The notes under the pieces were generated by a model. It was not told the DNA's origin and did not search any database. It worked only from the letters and a program-made list of their open reading frames with translations. A stretch of 64,000 nucleotides of DNA from Octopus bimaculoides (taxonomy: Eukaryota). Below are positions 38,371 through 50,489 of this stretch, one piece after another. How positions within the stretch are numbered: the first letter of the stretch is position 1; every line of letters starts with the position of its first letter. Where the stretch lies: contig NC_068981.1 in the NCBI RefSeq assembly GCF_001194135.2, positions 60,433,085 through 60,497,084 on the forward strand. Direction: 5' to 3'. The position numbers were made by a program, and so were the translations under genes.

Positions 38371-38964
38371 GTCAGCCAGCCTGAAGGAACACACGGAGTT
38401 AAAAACTGGAAAGAAATATTCAACTTTAGCAGACTAAATTCCAATCATTTTTCACATTCTTTTCTGGAAACTAAAGTACATTAAAACAATGTACTTTGAC
38501 TTTCCTGTTATCCCCTTATTACACAGCATTATATATGTCGAATCAATGATATAATATGTTGCACTATACGAAACGGTCAACCGGCTTGAAATTACAACGA
38601 AATCTCCTGCGAATTACCCGTAACATTTCATCCTAAATAAAGATACCTTGTCATGGATGAAATACTTCTAAATCGTGTATCTGCTCAGTTTGAAATAACC
38701 TGCAAATAAAAACCAACAATACAGAATATGACGAGCCAATAAGGCAGCCTCCGCGTAATCAGTTAGCATACAAAAAATACCCCGCAAAATATTCCTCGTT
38801 TTACACTATCATTTTGAAAGAAGAAAGATACACTGGATTATGTAGTGCTAAACAGAAAAGCCACGAAAGAAATAAGATAGAATAGAATATAATACAGTAT
38901 AATATAATATAATATATTAGTATAATATAATAAAATACTAGCTGTGAATGTAACAAATACCTAC

Positions 38965-39257
38965 CATTTATGTCTAGGTACTAAAGTAAATAGCAAAGCC
39001 AGCAGACAGAACATGAAATCGGAAAATGCCAAAGCGATCATTCCGTAGTGTGCTGACTTTTCCATTTTGGACAGGTTCCGTTGCATTTTCTCTCTGCTGA
39101 GGACAAGCATATTTAGCAAGTTGCCAAGTAATCCTATGACGCAAACTGTTGGTACCCCAAAATCCATAATTGCTTTGCCTATAGAAGACAGCACTTCATT
39201 TTCTGGACTTTCTGGCCGCGTCGTTGTGTTCTGTAGGGTGCTGTTCGGGCAATCCAT
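38965..39257 (-). CDS. Class A GPCR (FMRFamide-receptor-like/orphan peptide receptor type), coding exon 1: N-terminus, TM1, ICL1, TM2
   Basis: ORF MDCPNSTLQNTTT... has two N-glycosylation sequons (NST, NTT), TM1 with the GN motif (VCVIGLLGNLLNMLVL) and TM2 with LAxSD (GMIALAFSDFMFCLL). It ends at a donor TG|GTAGGT (GT at 38964-38963, phase 2) just before the in-frame TAG. Confidence 0.9.
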
Positions 39258-39263
39258 GACTAC

Positions 39264-39290
39264 CTGTGAAAAAAAAAAAAAAAAAGGATT
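39264..39290 (-). promoter_or_regulatory. Splice acceptor directly upstream of the GPCR start codon
   Basis: Minus strand reads CC(T)nCACAG|GTAGTC-ATG: poly-T tract plus CAG, 6 nt before the ATG at 39257. Confidence 0.7.
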
Positions 39291-39379
39291 CTCGTTATAT
39301 ATTCTACAATTTTAGTAAACGCTAATATTTGTATGTATATACATATACATATACGTATACATATAGCCAATCTAAACAT

Positions 39380-39560
39380 GAACAAGCAAGATAAAACAAC
39401 AACGTGAGGACGTGGAATAAGTACAGTGTTATTGGACGCCCAGGAAAGGAAAGAAAAGAAAGAGGACTTCACGTTTCGAGCGGAGCTCTTCATCAGAAAT
39501 ATAGAAAAAGTTCAAAAAGGGAAGACGGAGAAAGAAAATCGTCAACGATACATACGCGGT
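39380..39560 (-). mobile_element. Penelope-like terminal-repeat fragment with hammerhead motif (39467-39499)
   Basis: TTT-CTGATGA-A-GAG(CTCCG)CTC-GAAAC-GT-G-AAG: core intact, but position 17 is G. Confidence 0.55.
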
Positions 39561-39629
39561 CACATATTGAAATGACCGGAAGGGAATGGGTGAAGAAAAT
39601 GTTCTTTCAAATGCAGGAGAGTGCAAGAG

Positions 39630-42600
39630 AAGGAGATATGTGTGCGTATGTGTGGGTATGTGCGTGCGTGCAGGTCAGTGTGTGTGTGTATAATGATAGC
39701 ACGTGTATGTGCGCACGTGCTCCGCGTGTGTGTGTGGTTGTGGCTGTTTATGTTTGTGTGTGGTTGGACTTACTGTGGTTTAAGGTCATAGGAAGAATTT
39801 ATAGTAAGAATTTTGGTAGGAGTGGCTGTCTGTTGTGTGTCTACCTACACATGTGCGTAGGAGAATGGTCAGTAGAAAGGTATGTAACTGGTAGTTTGAA
39901 GTATGTGTGTGTGCGTGTATGCATATGTAGTGTGTGTCCATGTATGTATAATTGTGTGCGTGTATGTATGAGTGTGTGGTGTGTGTGTATGGAAGATATG
40001 TGTGGGTTTATTTGTGTGTGTATAAATGTGTGTGCGTGTGAGTGTATGTGCGTGTGTTCATGTGTGTGCATGTAAGTGCGTGTGTAATTTGTTTGTGTGC
40101 ATGTGTGTGTGAACGAGGGGTTGTGTAGGGAGGTTTATGTGCGTTTTCTTTGCGCGTGTGTGTGTGCGTGTGTATGTGTATGTGCACGTAGTTGTGAGTC
40201 CGTGTATGTGTGCTTGTGTATATGCGTGCGCGTGTGTGTATGCGGGTGTGTTTACGTGTATGTGTGGGGTTGTGAGTGTTAGGTATGTGTACATTTGTGT
40301 GCGTGTATGTGCGTGCGCATGTGTGTGTTTGTGTACGTGCCTCTATACGTGTATGCGTATGTGTATGTGTGTGTGTGTTTCTGCGTGTATGTATATATTG
40401 TGTATGTGTATATATATGTATGTGTGTTTGTATGTGAGTTAGTGTATGCACGTGGGGCTTGTGTGTGGGGTTGTTGTAGGGGTGTATGTGCGTTCCTGTG
40501 TGTATGTACGTGTGCGCGTGTGCTTACGTGCGTGTGTGCTTACGTGCGTGTGTGCGTGTATGTGCATGTGTGTTTATACCCATGTGTGTGTAATCGTGTG
40601 CGTGTCTGTATTAGTGTGTGTTGTGTGTTGGAGGTATGTGTGTGTACATGTATGAATGTGTGTATTTATGTGTATGTATGTGTATGTACGTGTGTATATG
40701 TGTCGCTCCCTCGTTCACTCCCTTGAAGACCAGCTTCCCCAAGCTTATTCCTCCTCTCCTCCCTCTGCCCTCCACCCTTCACCCAACCCATTCTTCGCTT
40801 CCTTCTTAATCTCAGCCACCAACTCCACAATTTTCCTCACACACACACAAACAATTCCACCGCATCCTCAACCTTTCACCCCCTCCCCTCCCATACATCC
40901 CTTCCCCTACAACACACCCCAATCTCGCATCCACCACGCCCCTCCACCGCACCCTCCACACACCCAACACCCCGACATTCCCACCCCTATCCCATCCCCA
41001 CCCAACCATTCCAACCCTCCTCTCCAGACCTCTGCACCCGCTCTTCCCGATCCCACTCATCCCACAACTCTGCTCCCACGTACTGTTGTCATTATACCAC
41101 CCAACCTCNNNNNNNNNNNNNNNNNNNNNNNNNNNNNNNNNNNNNNNNNNNNNNNNNNNNNNNNNNNNNNNNNNNNNNNNNNNNNNNNNNNNNNNNNNNN
41201 NNNNNNNNNNNNNNNNNNNNNNNNNNNNNNNNNNNNNNNNNNNNNNNNNNNNNNNNNNNNNNNNNNNNNNNNNNNNNNNNNNNNNNNNNNNNNNNNNNNN
41301 NNNNNNNNNNNNNNNNNNNNNNNNNNNNNNNNNNNNNNNNNNNNNNNNNNNNNNNNNNNNNNNNNNNNNNNNNNNNNNNNNNNNNNNNNNNNNNNNNNNN
41401 NNNNNNNNNNNNNNNNNNNNNNNNNNNNNNNNNNNNNNNNNNNNNNNNNNNNNNNNNNNNNNNNNNNNNNNNNNNNNNNNNNNNNNNNNNNNNNNNNNNN
41501 NNNNNNNNNNNNNNNNNNNNNNNNNNNNNNNNNNNNNNNNNNNNNNNNNNNNNNNNNNNNNNNNNNNNNNNNNNNNNNNNNNNNNNNNNNNNNNNNNNNN
41601 NNNNNNNNNNNNNNNNNNNNNNNNNNNNNNNNNNNNNNNNNNNNNNNNNNNNNNNNNNNNNNNNNNNNNNNNNNNNNNNNNNNNNNNNNNNNNNNNNNNN
41701 NNNNNNNNNNNNNNNNNNNNNNNNNNNNNNNNNNNNNNNNNNNNNNNNNNNNNNNNNNNNNNNNNNNNNNNNNNNNNNNNNNNNNNNNNNNNNNNNNNNN
41801 CCTCCCCTCCCCCCCACCTCCTCCTACCAACAGCGAGTGTCTTCCACCATCCATGACCTCATCTCCTCTTCTGCTCACTCCCCCACCGCCATCAACCTCA
41901 TCTCATCGTCCGAACACCCTGCGCACACACACATGCACACACACACACGCACAGACATACGCATGCACACACCCACATCTACATACACCCACGCGTACGC
42001 ACGAACATGCATGCGTGTACACACACACATACACAAACGCACACACACACATATACACATGCACAGGTATGCACAGATACCTAACCCACACAACCCCACG
42101 CACACCCAGACGCACATACATATATATATATACACCTACACATAAACGTACACACATACACACAACCACATACACATACAAACTCAGGTACACGTGCATA
42201 CACGCAACAAAACGCACACATAACTCGACACACATCTCCACGTTCACACATACATATACACACGCACGTACATACACACACGCATACACACATATGCATA
42301 CGTACATACACATACACACATGCACACATTCGCACATGTACACACACATACGCACATACACGCACGCACGCACATACACACAAGAACACAAGAACACACA
42401 CCTACCCCTACACAAATCCCACACACAACCCCCACACGCATACACTAACTCACATACACACACATACATATACATACACATGCACAATATATATACATAC
42501 ACGTACACACATATACATATATGTACACACATACACATATATATATACGTTTATACATAAGTGTATATGTATACATACATATATATATATGTGTATATAC

Positions 42601-42660
42601 ATAGATGTATATATACATGTGAGTGTGTGTGTGTATGTCTTTATCTGTGTGTATGTATAT
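39630..42660. repeat. Cryptic GT-rich array (39630-40700), C-rich spacer with gap, CA-rich array (41920-42560) in inverted orientation
   Basis: GTATGTGAGTTAGTGTATGC..GTGGG..TTGTGTGTGGG.TT..TGTAGGGG at ~40430-40485 recurs as its reverse complement at ~42400-42460. Confidence 0.8.
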
Positions 42661-44167
42661 ATGAAAGAAGAAATATATTTCAGAATAATATTTTTGTTTT
42701 TTATTCAGAGCTAAAGGGATAAATACGTAGATGAATGGCATAAAGCGATTGAAACGCCCGCTTTAAATGCTTGGAGCAATGAAACGTAAATTCATATCGA
42801 AATTTCTTTTTTAATTTTCAACGTACAGAGCCTTGTTATTCTATTTTTTAGCATCCTAGCTTTCTTAGTGGAAAAAGTGATAAAAAAAAAAAAAAAAGCT
42901 GAAGTTTAAACTGGAAAAAGATAGAATATTTATGAAACTCACGTCACCCGAAAGATTTAAAATACTTTTCTTTAGCTTTGATTTAAAATGTAAAAATTAT
43001 GATGGTTTTGAAGCTTTAATGATGTTCTGATCGTAAATATCTTCTTTAAGTGACAGTGTTCCTTATCCTTGTAGCAAACTGGCTATCAAATAACATCCTT
43101 AGTAATGCACTTCACATGGAAATAAAAAAAACAAAAAAAAACCCCCTCAAAGCTTTAAAATGATAAAATTAAAAAATATTGAAAATTGTTGATTGACTTA
43201 ATCGTAAACATGCATAAAAAGTTGTGACATCTTTTCAAGATACTCAAGTATTAGTATGGATTTTCTAAATCCTTAAAGTATAGTTCTTGAAATTGTGATT
43301 GAGTTGGACACCTCAAGCGTCACAACAACGTGGTGCAGTGTAGTGTTTGAGAATCGGGTTCAAGCTGTTCCATGATCTCTGCGACAAACCAACAGGACAA
43401 CAATACTAAAACAATAGCAATAATAACAAGAACAACAAAGATTATCTCTGAACTTCTAACCGAAAATGTTGTTCAAGGAATTATAATTGACATTCTGGCT
43501 ATTTCTAAGACATTCAGAAATCCTTAACAGAATGAAAAGATTCCTCTAATCGGCTAGCATGTGTCAAACGCCCATCCTCTTATAAGATTGACTCAAGATT
43601 GCAACTGAGAAAGACAAGCTGTGGGAAAGCTTTTTTGATGAATGAATTTACCACTAACGTGATAGTGCAAGCTAAGGAATCAATATGTGGAGTGGGTATA
43701 ATCAACAGCTTGAAGTTCATCCCACCTGATGAAAGAACCTGCTTCGTACAGAAGAAATGAAGAAAAGGAACAAACATTTCAGTCATGTGAAGTATTCCCT
43801 GATATACACCATAACGTCAGCTCGTAGTATGATATTGTAGACGTGTACGGGTAATAATTTCCATAGATATCTTGTATCAGCAGATTTACGTGTGAATTTG
43901 ATTTTATACGTATTCATCAGTCTTAGTTTCCTAGGCAACTAAATAGCTTGAGCTCTATTAGTCCCGTAGAGCTTCTGCGGAAACTTTGCCTCTGAGGGAC
44001 AAAAAAGATTATCAGGAAGATCTTAATCACTTGTAATACTATTGAAAGCTTGTGAATACCTAAGGTTACAGGTAGTAACTCGCTACCCTTGCAAATTCCA
44101 CCAAGAATCATAAGGAACCTGAGTCAAATCAATAACAGCAGCAACAACAATAACAATGATAATAATA

Positions 44168-44700
44168 ACAACTTCTTTATTAGCCATACGAGTCGTACAC
44201 AAAACAAAATTGATGATACAAAACAAAGGCAAGTGGGGATTTATATATAGCATATGTAAATGATAGAACAATAACATTTAAAAAAAAATATTAGACAACA
44301 AATTCCCCCAAAAGGGTGATCTCCATCCAGGGCAAACAAGGAAGCCCACTCATCCTGGAAACACCGATTATCAAAGGCACTTCAAGCAGGCAATCCACAC
44401 CTTCCTTTCCTCCAGCCGGCCAACAGGTGTATACACAGAGTAGATTCATTCACACGGGCCATCCTCGCCACGTTCCCTCATGTTTCACCCAAAATACTAA
44501 GAGCAAAATACTCCCACCCAAAATACTGTGTCTCAAATCGGCACAGCAACCCAGTAGTACTACCAAGTTAGGGACTTCTGGAAATTATTCATAGGCTCTG
44601 GTCCGAAAGTCCTCTGGAAAAGTCCAGCCACCTGACTTCCCCTGACATCTTGACTTTTTCATAGGCTGTCGTCAATTTTGTCTGCTACTAATCCCCAATA
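44168..44700 (-). mobile_element. 3' end of a probable Tx1/L1-type LINE
   Basis: C-terminal ..NVARMARVNESTLCIHL, a 3' UTR ending GGCTAATAAAGAAG, then a (TTA/TTG)n tail. Confidence 0.45.
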
Positions 44701-44724
44701 GATCCCCAAGGTGAAACTTGGCAA

Positions 44725-45100
44725 GACGCGAGCTGGCAGAAATGTCAGCACCGGGCAAAATGCTTAGCTGTATTTTGTCTGTCTTAACGTTCTGAGTTCG
44801 AATTCCGACGGGGTCAACTTTACCTTTCATCCTTTGAGGGTCGATAAAATGAGTAGCAGTCTCGCACTGAGGTCGACGAAACCAACTAGATCCATCCCCA
44901 TGCCCTAAGGCATCAAACTAGTAGAATCGTTAGCACACCGACATTTTTTTTGTCTTTACTTCTGAGTTCAAATTCCACCAATGTCAATTTTACCTTTCAT
45001 CCTTTCGGGATCAATGAAATAAGTACCAGTTGAACACTAGGGTCGATATAATCAACTTGTCCCCTCCCGAGATTGCTGGCCCCGTAGCAAAATTAAATCA
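44725..45100 (+). mobile_element. Two tandem tRNA-derived SINE copies
   Basis: GCGAGCTGGCAGAAATGTCAGCACCGGGCAAAATGCTTAG...TCTGAGTTCGAATTCCG...CCTTTCATCCTTT, repeated at ~44915-45100. Confidence 0.75.
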
Positions 45101-46167
45101 GTATTTTATTACACTCCTACTTCTCCTTTCCATCATTTGTCGTTCTTTCTCTTTCTTCTCGTCCATTGTTTTATCACTACCTTTCTGATAATCTCTCTCT
45201 CATACTTATCTTTCAATATATTCCTGCCAATTTTCATCCTATCTTTGAACATTCCTATCTTCTTCAATGGTATATTTTTTACGCACTGCTCGCCCTCTCT
45301 TTTTTCTCTCCTACCTACATTTTCGTTGCCTTAGCAAGACAGAAAATAAATGAATATACATGCATATTTATACATATGTATATGTTATGTAAGCATGTAT
45401 AAATAGACAAAGAAGTTTATAGAAGTAGATTCAGCATAATATACATACAAGCGTGGGTTTAGTCAAATGCGTCAGACTTATTAGGAAGGTGTGAGAATAT
45501 TAAATTTTGCAGCAGATACTGAAAGCAGAACAACTAATATGCGTTGGTGTAGCTGAATCCAATAAAACAGCAGACACATAAATGAAAGAGAAAATTGAAA
45601 AAAAATAACAGAAATGATAAGACTAACATAGAAAATTAAACGCAATGTTAATTGTTAGAAATAAGACAATGGGTATGTGCTAGCCATTTCACTTATGAAC
45701 TACAGCTTCAACATAGTAAACTAGAAGTTATTTGAATTGAAGAGCTAATACAGGAAACAAGGAAACTACTAACATATTTCCAAAGCCTCCACCCCAGAGC
45801 TATTGTAGATAATACATACGTATCATCCACAAAGGTAGGAGAAATAAAAGGAAATCAAAAATCCACGTTACATATAATCAGACACCAAAAAATAACACAC
45901 TCCATATCAATACAAAAATGATACAGAACGGTTACACAATATTCCATTCACTTCCAGGTGAATAGGAAATTGCATCTATCATTTCAACGAACCGACCTTG
46001 CCTACGTAATCTGCGAGTAGGAAATGTTCCTCATATTGTAGTGACCTGGAAAATGTTGGCTCCAGTATTAAGGGAATATATCCGACATGATGATAAGTTT
46101 TGTCTCAGTGTGCTGTCTTTTTTTTTGTTAAAAGGATATGAATACAAAATCTCAGATAAAGGGTGCA

Positions 46168-46258
46168 AGAAAAAGTTCTAAATGAACTTGACAAACCAGA
46201 AAAAGTTCTAAATGAAACTTGACAAATCAGAAAAAGTTCTAAATAAACTTGACAAACT
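46168..46258 (+). repeat. Three head-to-tail copies of a 30-31-bp unit AGAAAAAGTTCTAAATGAACTTGACAAACC
   Basis: Units at 46168, 46198 and 46229 with no spacers. Confidence 0.9.
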
Positions 46259-47244
46259 GAATACTCTATTAGATTTTGACAACTAGGCAGACTGAACAAA
46301 TGAACTTCGTAGACAAGACATCATTGTATATGGCATAAAATACCTCATATAAACTTTGCAGTCTCTTCGAACAAAAACATGCCAGACAAGGAAGTAGAAA
46401 AGGTCTATAAATATGTTGATTTTACAAGTAGACCTATCAAAAATCTGTGGATGCCCAGTTATCGATTGTGCACTAGTTTTAACACTCCATACTGTAATAC
46501 TGCTTGGAATGCGAAGTAAGACATGAATGCTCCAGAACCTCTCCCTCCTCGAAAATGCTCATCTTCTTAGAGAGGTACCTTCGATCTAAAACCTTTTGTT
46601 TATGTTGACAGCTAACACGAAGAAAAGTAAAATCAACGGTGTCTATAAAAAGAAAACGATATTTTATATCCATATAGGTGGATGTTTCTAAGTGTTTGTT
46701 CTACTTGCTAGAAACAGGAGTAAAATTTTCATATAATCAGACACAATAAATAAAGTAACAAGAAGACACAATAGGTAAGGTAACTGTAGATAACCCACGT
46801 AAAGATGAGATGCTGATAGCGAGAATGCTTTTGATCATATACCTGTCGACAGAGTTAACCTAAGGCTAAGTAACAACAACGGTTATACCACAAAAAACTA
46901 CACCAAAAACCTTGAAATATGAAAACACAAAACTAAACTGGCTTTCTTTAGCTAGCTTGCCGCCTTCGTGGACCAATGCAGATGAAATGAATTAATGAAT
47001 TAAAAAAAAATCTGATCCACAATCCTAATTCTATGCAGAGTTGCTATATTTCATAGACATAGTAGAATGGTAGATTATTGCTTTAATGCAGGACGCAGAA
47101 AAACACTTCATGTATTTGAATTAATGTATTAGAAGGGTGAAACGTCGCAAATATTCACAAATAACAAATAAGTAAACACAGTTGTGAACTCTTACACTTG
47201 AAATGGATTAACGTTATGCGGTGGTGGTGTTTTAAGTAATCAAA

Positions 47245-47265
<21 letters not shown>

Positions 47266-47303
<38 letters not shown>

Positions 47304-47356
47304 ATACGCACACAATATCTCTCACTCACGCACACGCACACACACGCACACACACA

Positions 47357-47400
<44 letters not shown>

Positions 47401-47579
47401 CACACGTTTCACTATATAATCGGCTTGTAAAACACATGGACACTCGACTTACATACATACATACATAATACATACATACATACATAATACATACATACAT
47501 ACATAATGCATACATACATACATACATAAATACATACATATATATGTATATATACACACACACGTATATATATTTGTAT

Positions 47580-47642
<63 letters not shown>

Positions 47643-47700
47643 TTATACATATGTATAGACATGTACACACGTACACACACAGACACACACACACACATAT
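47266..47700. repeat. Representative compound microsatellite block: (TAC)n, (CA)n, (CATA)n, (TA)n
   Basis: Read directly. Similar blocks occur at ~2776-3110, 4870-5160, 15585-15665, 21520-21660, 22210-22340, 33470-33560, 48490-48615, 53730-53970, 60799-60850 and 62388-62455; most N gaps are flanked by such tracts. Confidence 0.95.
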
Positions 47701-48487
47701 TTACCTACATGCATATATTCACTCACACACGCACATATATTCATGCCATATTATTATACATTCGTATGGATAATTTTCACGAATGTATAACAAAGAACGA
47801 TAAAATTATGCACGGAAATCGCACGAATTCTTCTCACTCTCCCATCCTTCTTTTGCTGTTTGTTTTCCTTTACCATTTCATTTGCAGTCCCTTTCTGAGA
47901 CATACCATCACACACAAAGACAAGTAGGAGTTTGATGATGTACTGTAATTTGATCAACGTAATGAAATCGAACATTTGTTTGTTGCTTCTGTCACTTCGC
48001 CGTTTGTTTCCAATCGATATACAATGCATTCAAATAACCAGACAAGCGCAAGCGATCGATGTGAGCGATGGACACAGAGAAATTCGGAAATAATATGTGA
48101 AATGAACGCCACGAAATAGAAGAATCTGTCATCTATCAAACACTACTTGGATATATTCCCCAACTGTGTTTATTTTCATTTCTTTTCATCAATAAAGCTA
48201 TTGCATAAAGTTTATCACATTATCAATACGATCGAAACCGCCTACATTTTACATTAAGGCTAGTGATTGCAAGAAAAAAAAAAAAAGAAAAAAAAGAAAA
48301 GAAAAATATAACTATTGCATTTTTACTCCTTTCACTATTGATTCTATCGAAATATCTTGATGGAATTCTGTTTGACAGTTCGCTTCATAAATATTCTAAA
48401 AAAAAAAAAAAAAAAATGTTTTGTTTGTATGGAGTCATTGTGGCCAATAAAAATTATCATTATTAGTATTATTATCATCCTAATAAT

Positions 48488-48530
<43 letters not shown>

Positions 48531-48552
48531 GTCATCATCATCATCAATAATG

Positions 48553-48616
<64 letters not shown>

Positions 48617-50015
48617 CGTTATTATAGTTTCTGGTGTTATTGAGAATGATTATGCTGCGGTTGTTGTTTCATGTCCTGGCCTCATGTATTTAGATTACAT
48701 TTAGTTGATATTCTTTTTTAAAATTGTACAGAAGGATTACAAAGAAAGGTGAGCAGTTTATTATATTTTTTCGCTCAATTTAGCGAAAGAAAACATTTTT
48801 GAATACATTTAGTTCAACCTACAGAAAAGGTCGATGAAAGGTAGCAACGTGCTCTCAGAAGAAAACTTTGATAAAAAAAAACAAGCACAAAAGGTAAAAG
48901 TGTGAAAAATCGCAAAAAATTGACAACAATTTTGAAAGATCACATACATTTCAAAGTAAACAAGTAGTGATGTTTCTGTAGATTCTGATATTAATCAGAA
49001 CGATTCTGGCGTCGCATTTTGCAATTACAAAACATTAACAATAGCAAAGGCAACATTAATACAACTAAAGTTCTTGTGTATAGGTGGAATAAGAACAAGA
49101 ACAGGGGACGGATGCTCTATGAATATATANNNNNNNNNNNNNNNNNNNNNNNNNNNNNNNNNNNNNNNNNNNNNNNNNNNNNNNNNNNNNNNNNNNNNNN
49201 NNNNNNNNNNNNNNNNNNNNNNNNNNNNNNNNNNNNNNNNNNNNNNNNNNNNNNNNNNNNNNNNNNNNNNNNNNNNNNNNNNNNNNNNNNNNNNNNNNNN
49301 NNNNNNNNNNNNNNNNNNNNNNNNNNNNNNNNNNNNNNNNNNNNNNNNNNNNNNNNNNNNNNNNNNNNNNNNNNNNNNNNNNNNNNNNNNNNNNNNNNNN
49401 NNNNNNNNNNNNNNNNNNNNNNNNNNNNNNNNNNNNNNNNNNNNNNNNNNNNNNNNNNNNNNNNNNNNNNNNNNNNNNNNNNNNNNNNNNNNNNNNNNNT
49501 ATATATATATATACACATACATATACACATACATATATATGAAGTAGAGAAATTTGAAAAGACAACACGAAACCGGTTATTTCTCCAAATACAATGTTTA
49601 TATACCAAAACAATTTTATAACATTTTTCTGACATAATTTAAATATATACTTTAACCATGTAACACAAGCCTTCTGTAGTTTTTTCACTCTTATTATCTG
49701 AGTTCTGCATCATACACCTGCCTATAACATAATCTCACATTATTTGGGTCGAAGAAATTCGTAACTCAGCGTAAAAAATGTCGAAGAGGAGTTGAATCCA
49801 GGACGAAGTAAACTTCGTAGAGAATATGAGTAGGTGGTCAACTCTGATTCATCTTTTGACGGTACATATTTGGAAGGTCTCATTACAGATGATTAATTTC
49901 TCATGACTACGCAATATCTAAGAACTTTAGTGGACAAGCACATGTTTATATGTATGCATATAGATACGCTTATTCTCATATTTACATGTGCTATATATGT
50001 TCAATCTATGCTCTC

Positions 50016-50090
<75 letters not shown>

Positions 50091-50129
50091 ACAAACTTTA
50101 AAAAAAACGTTCACACACGCGGAATTGTA

Positions 50130-50480
50130 TTCTGATGTGCTCTCTTTGTCCTTTTCTGCTATTACGCACTTTTTCACCTGTTCTTTATTCACTGCCTTTA
50201 GAGGTTTTTCTGTGCCACTCTCTAAATGCTTTACCAGGCCTTTTCTTTCCATCTGTACACATTCTTCTACTGCTACTAAGCCTCTTTCAACTTGGTCTCT
50301 CCTCAAGTACAGCCGGTTGATATCAGCATTGGGATGGTCGGCTACATGCATAGTCAACAACTTGTTAGTTTTTCTGTCAAGTTTCTTTATATCGTTTTTG
50401 GTCCAGACTATAATTCCAACTCCATATCTGATTAAGATTACTGCTCTTGAATTTATTGTACACATTTCAACTCCATAGCT
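50130..50480 (-). mobile_element. R4-type LINE fragment (post-RT region)
   Basis: RYGVGIIVWTKNDIKKLDRKTNKLLTMH..HPNADINRLYLRR...RGLVAVEECV. Confidence 0.8.
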
Positions 50481-50489
50481 CGTGTGGTG

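Noticed and set aside
39404-42741. Many Cys/Val- or His/Thr-rich ORFs resembling metallothionein or His-rich proteins
   Set aside because: Translations of (GT)n/(CA)n low-complexity DNA that are open in several frames on both strands; the same applies to poly-L/I/N/Y ORFs over triplet repeats.
46168-46258. CRISPR-like 30-bp palindromic repeats
   Set aside because: Units are head-to-tail with no spacers, there are no cas genes and the context is eukaryotic.
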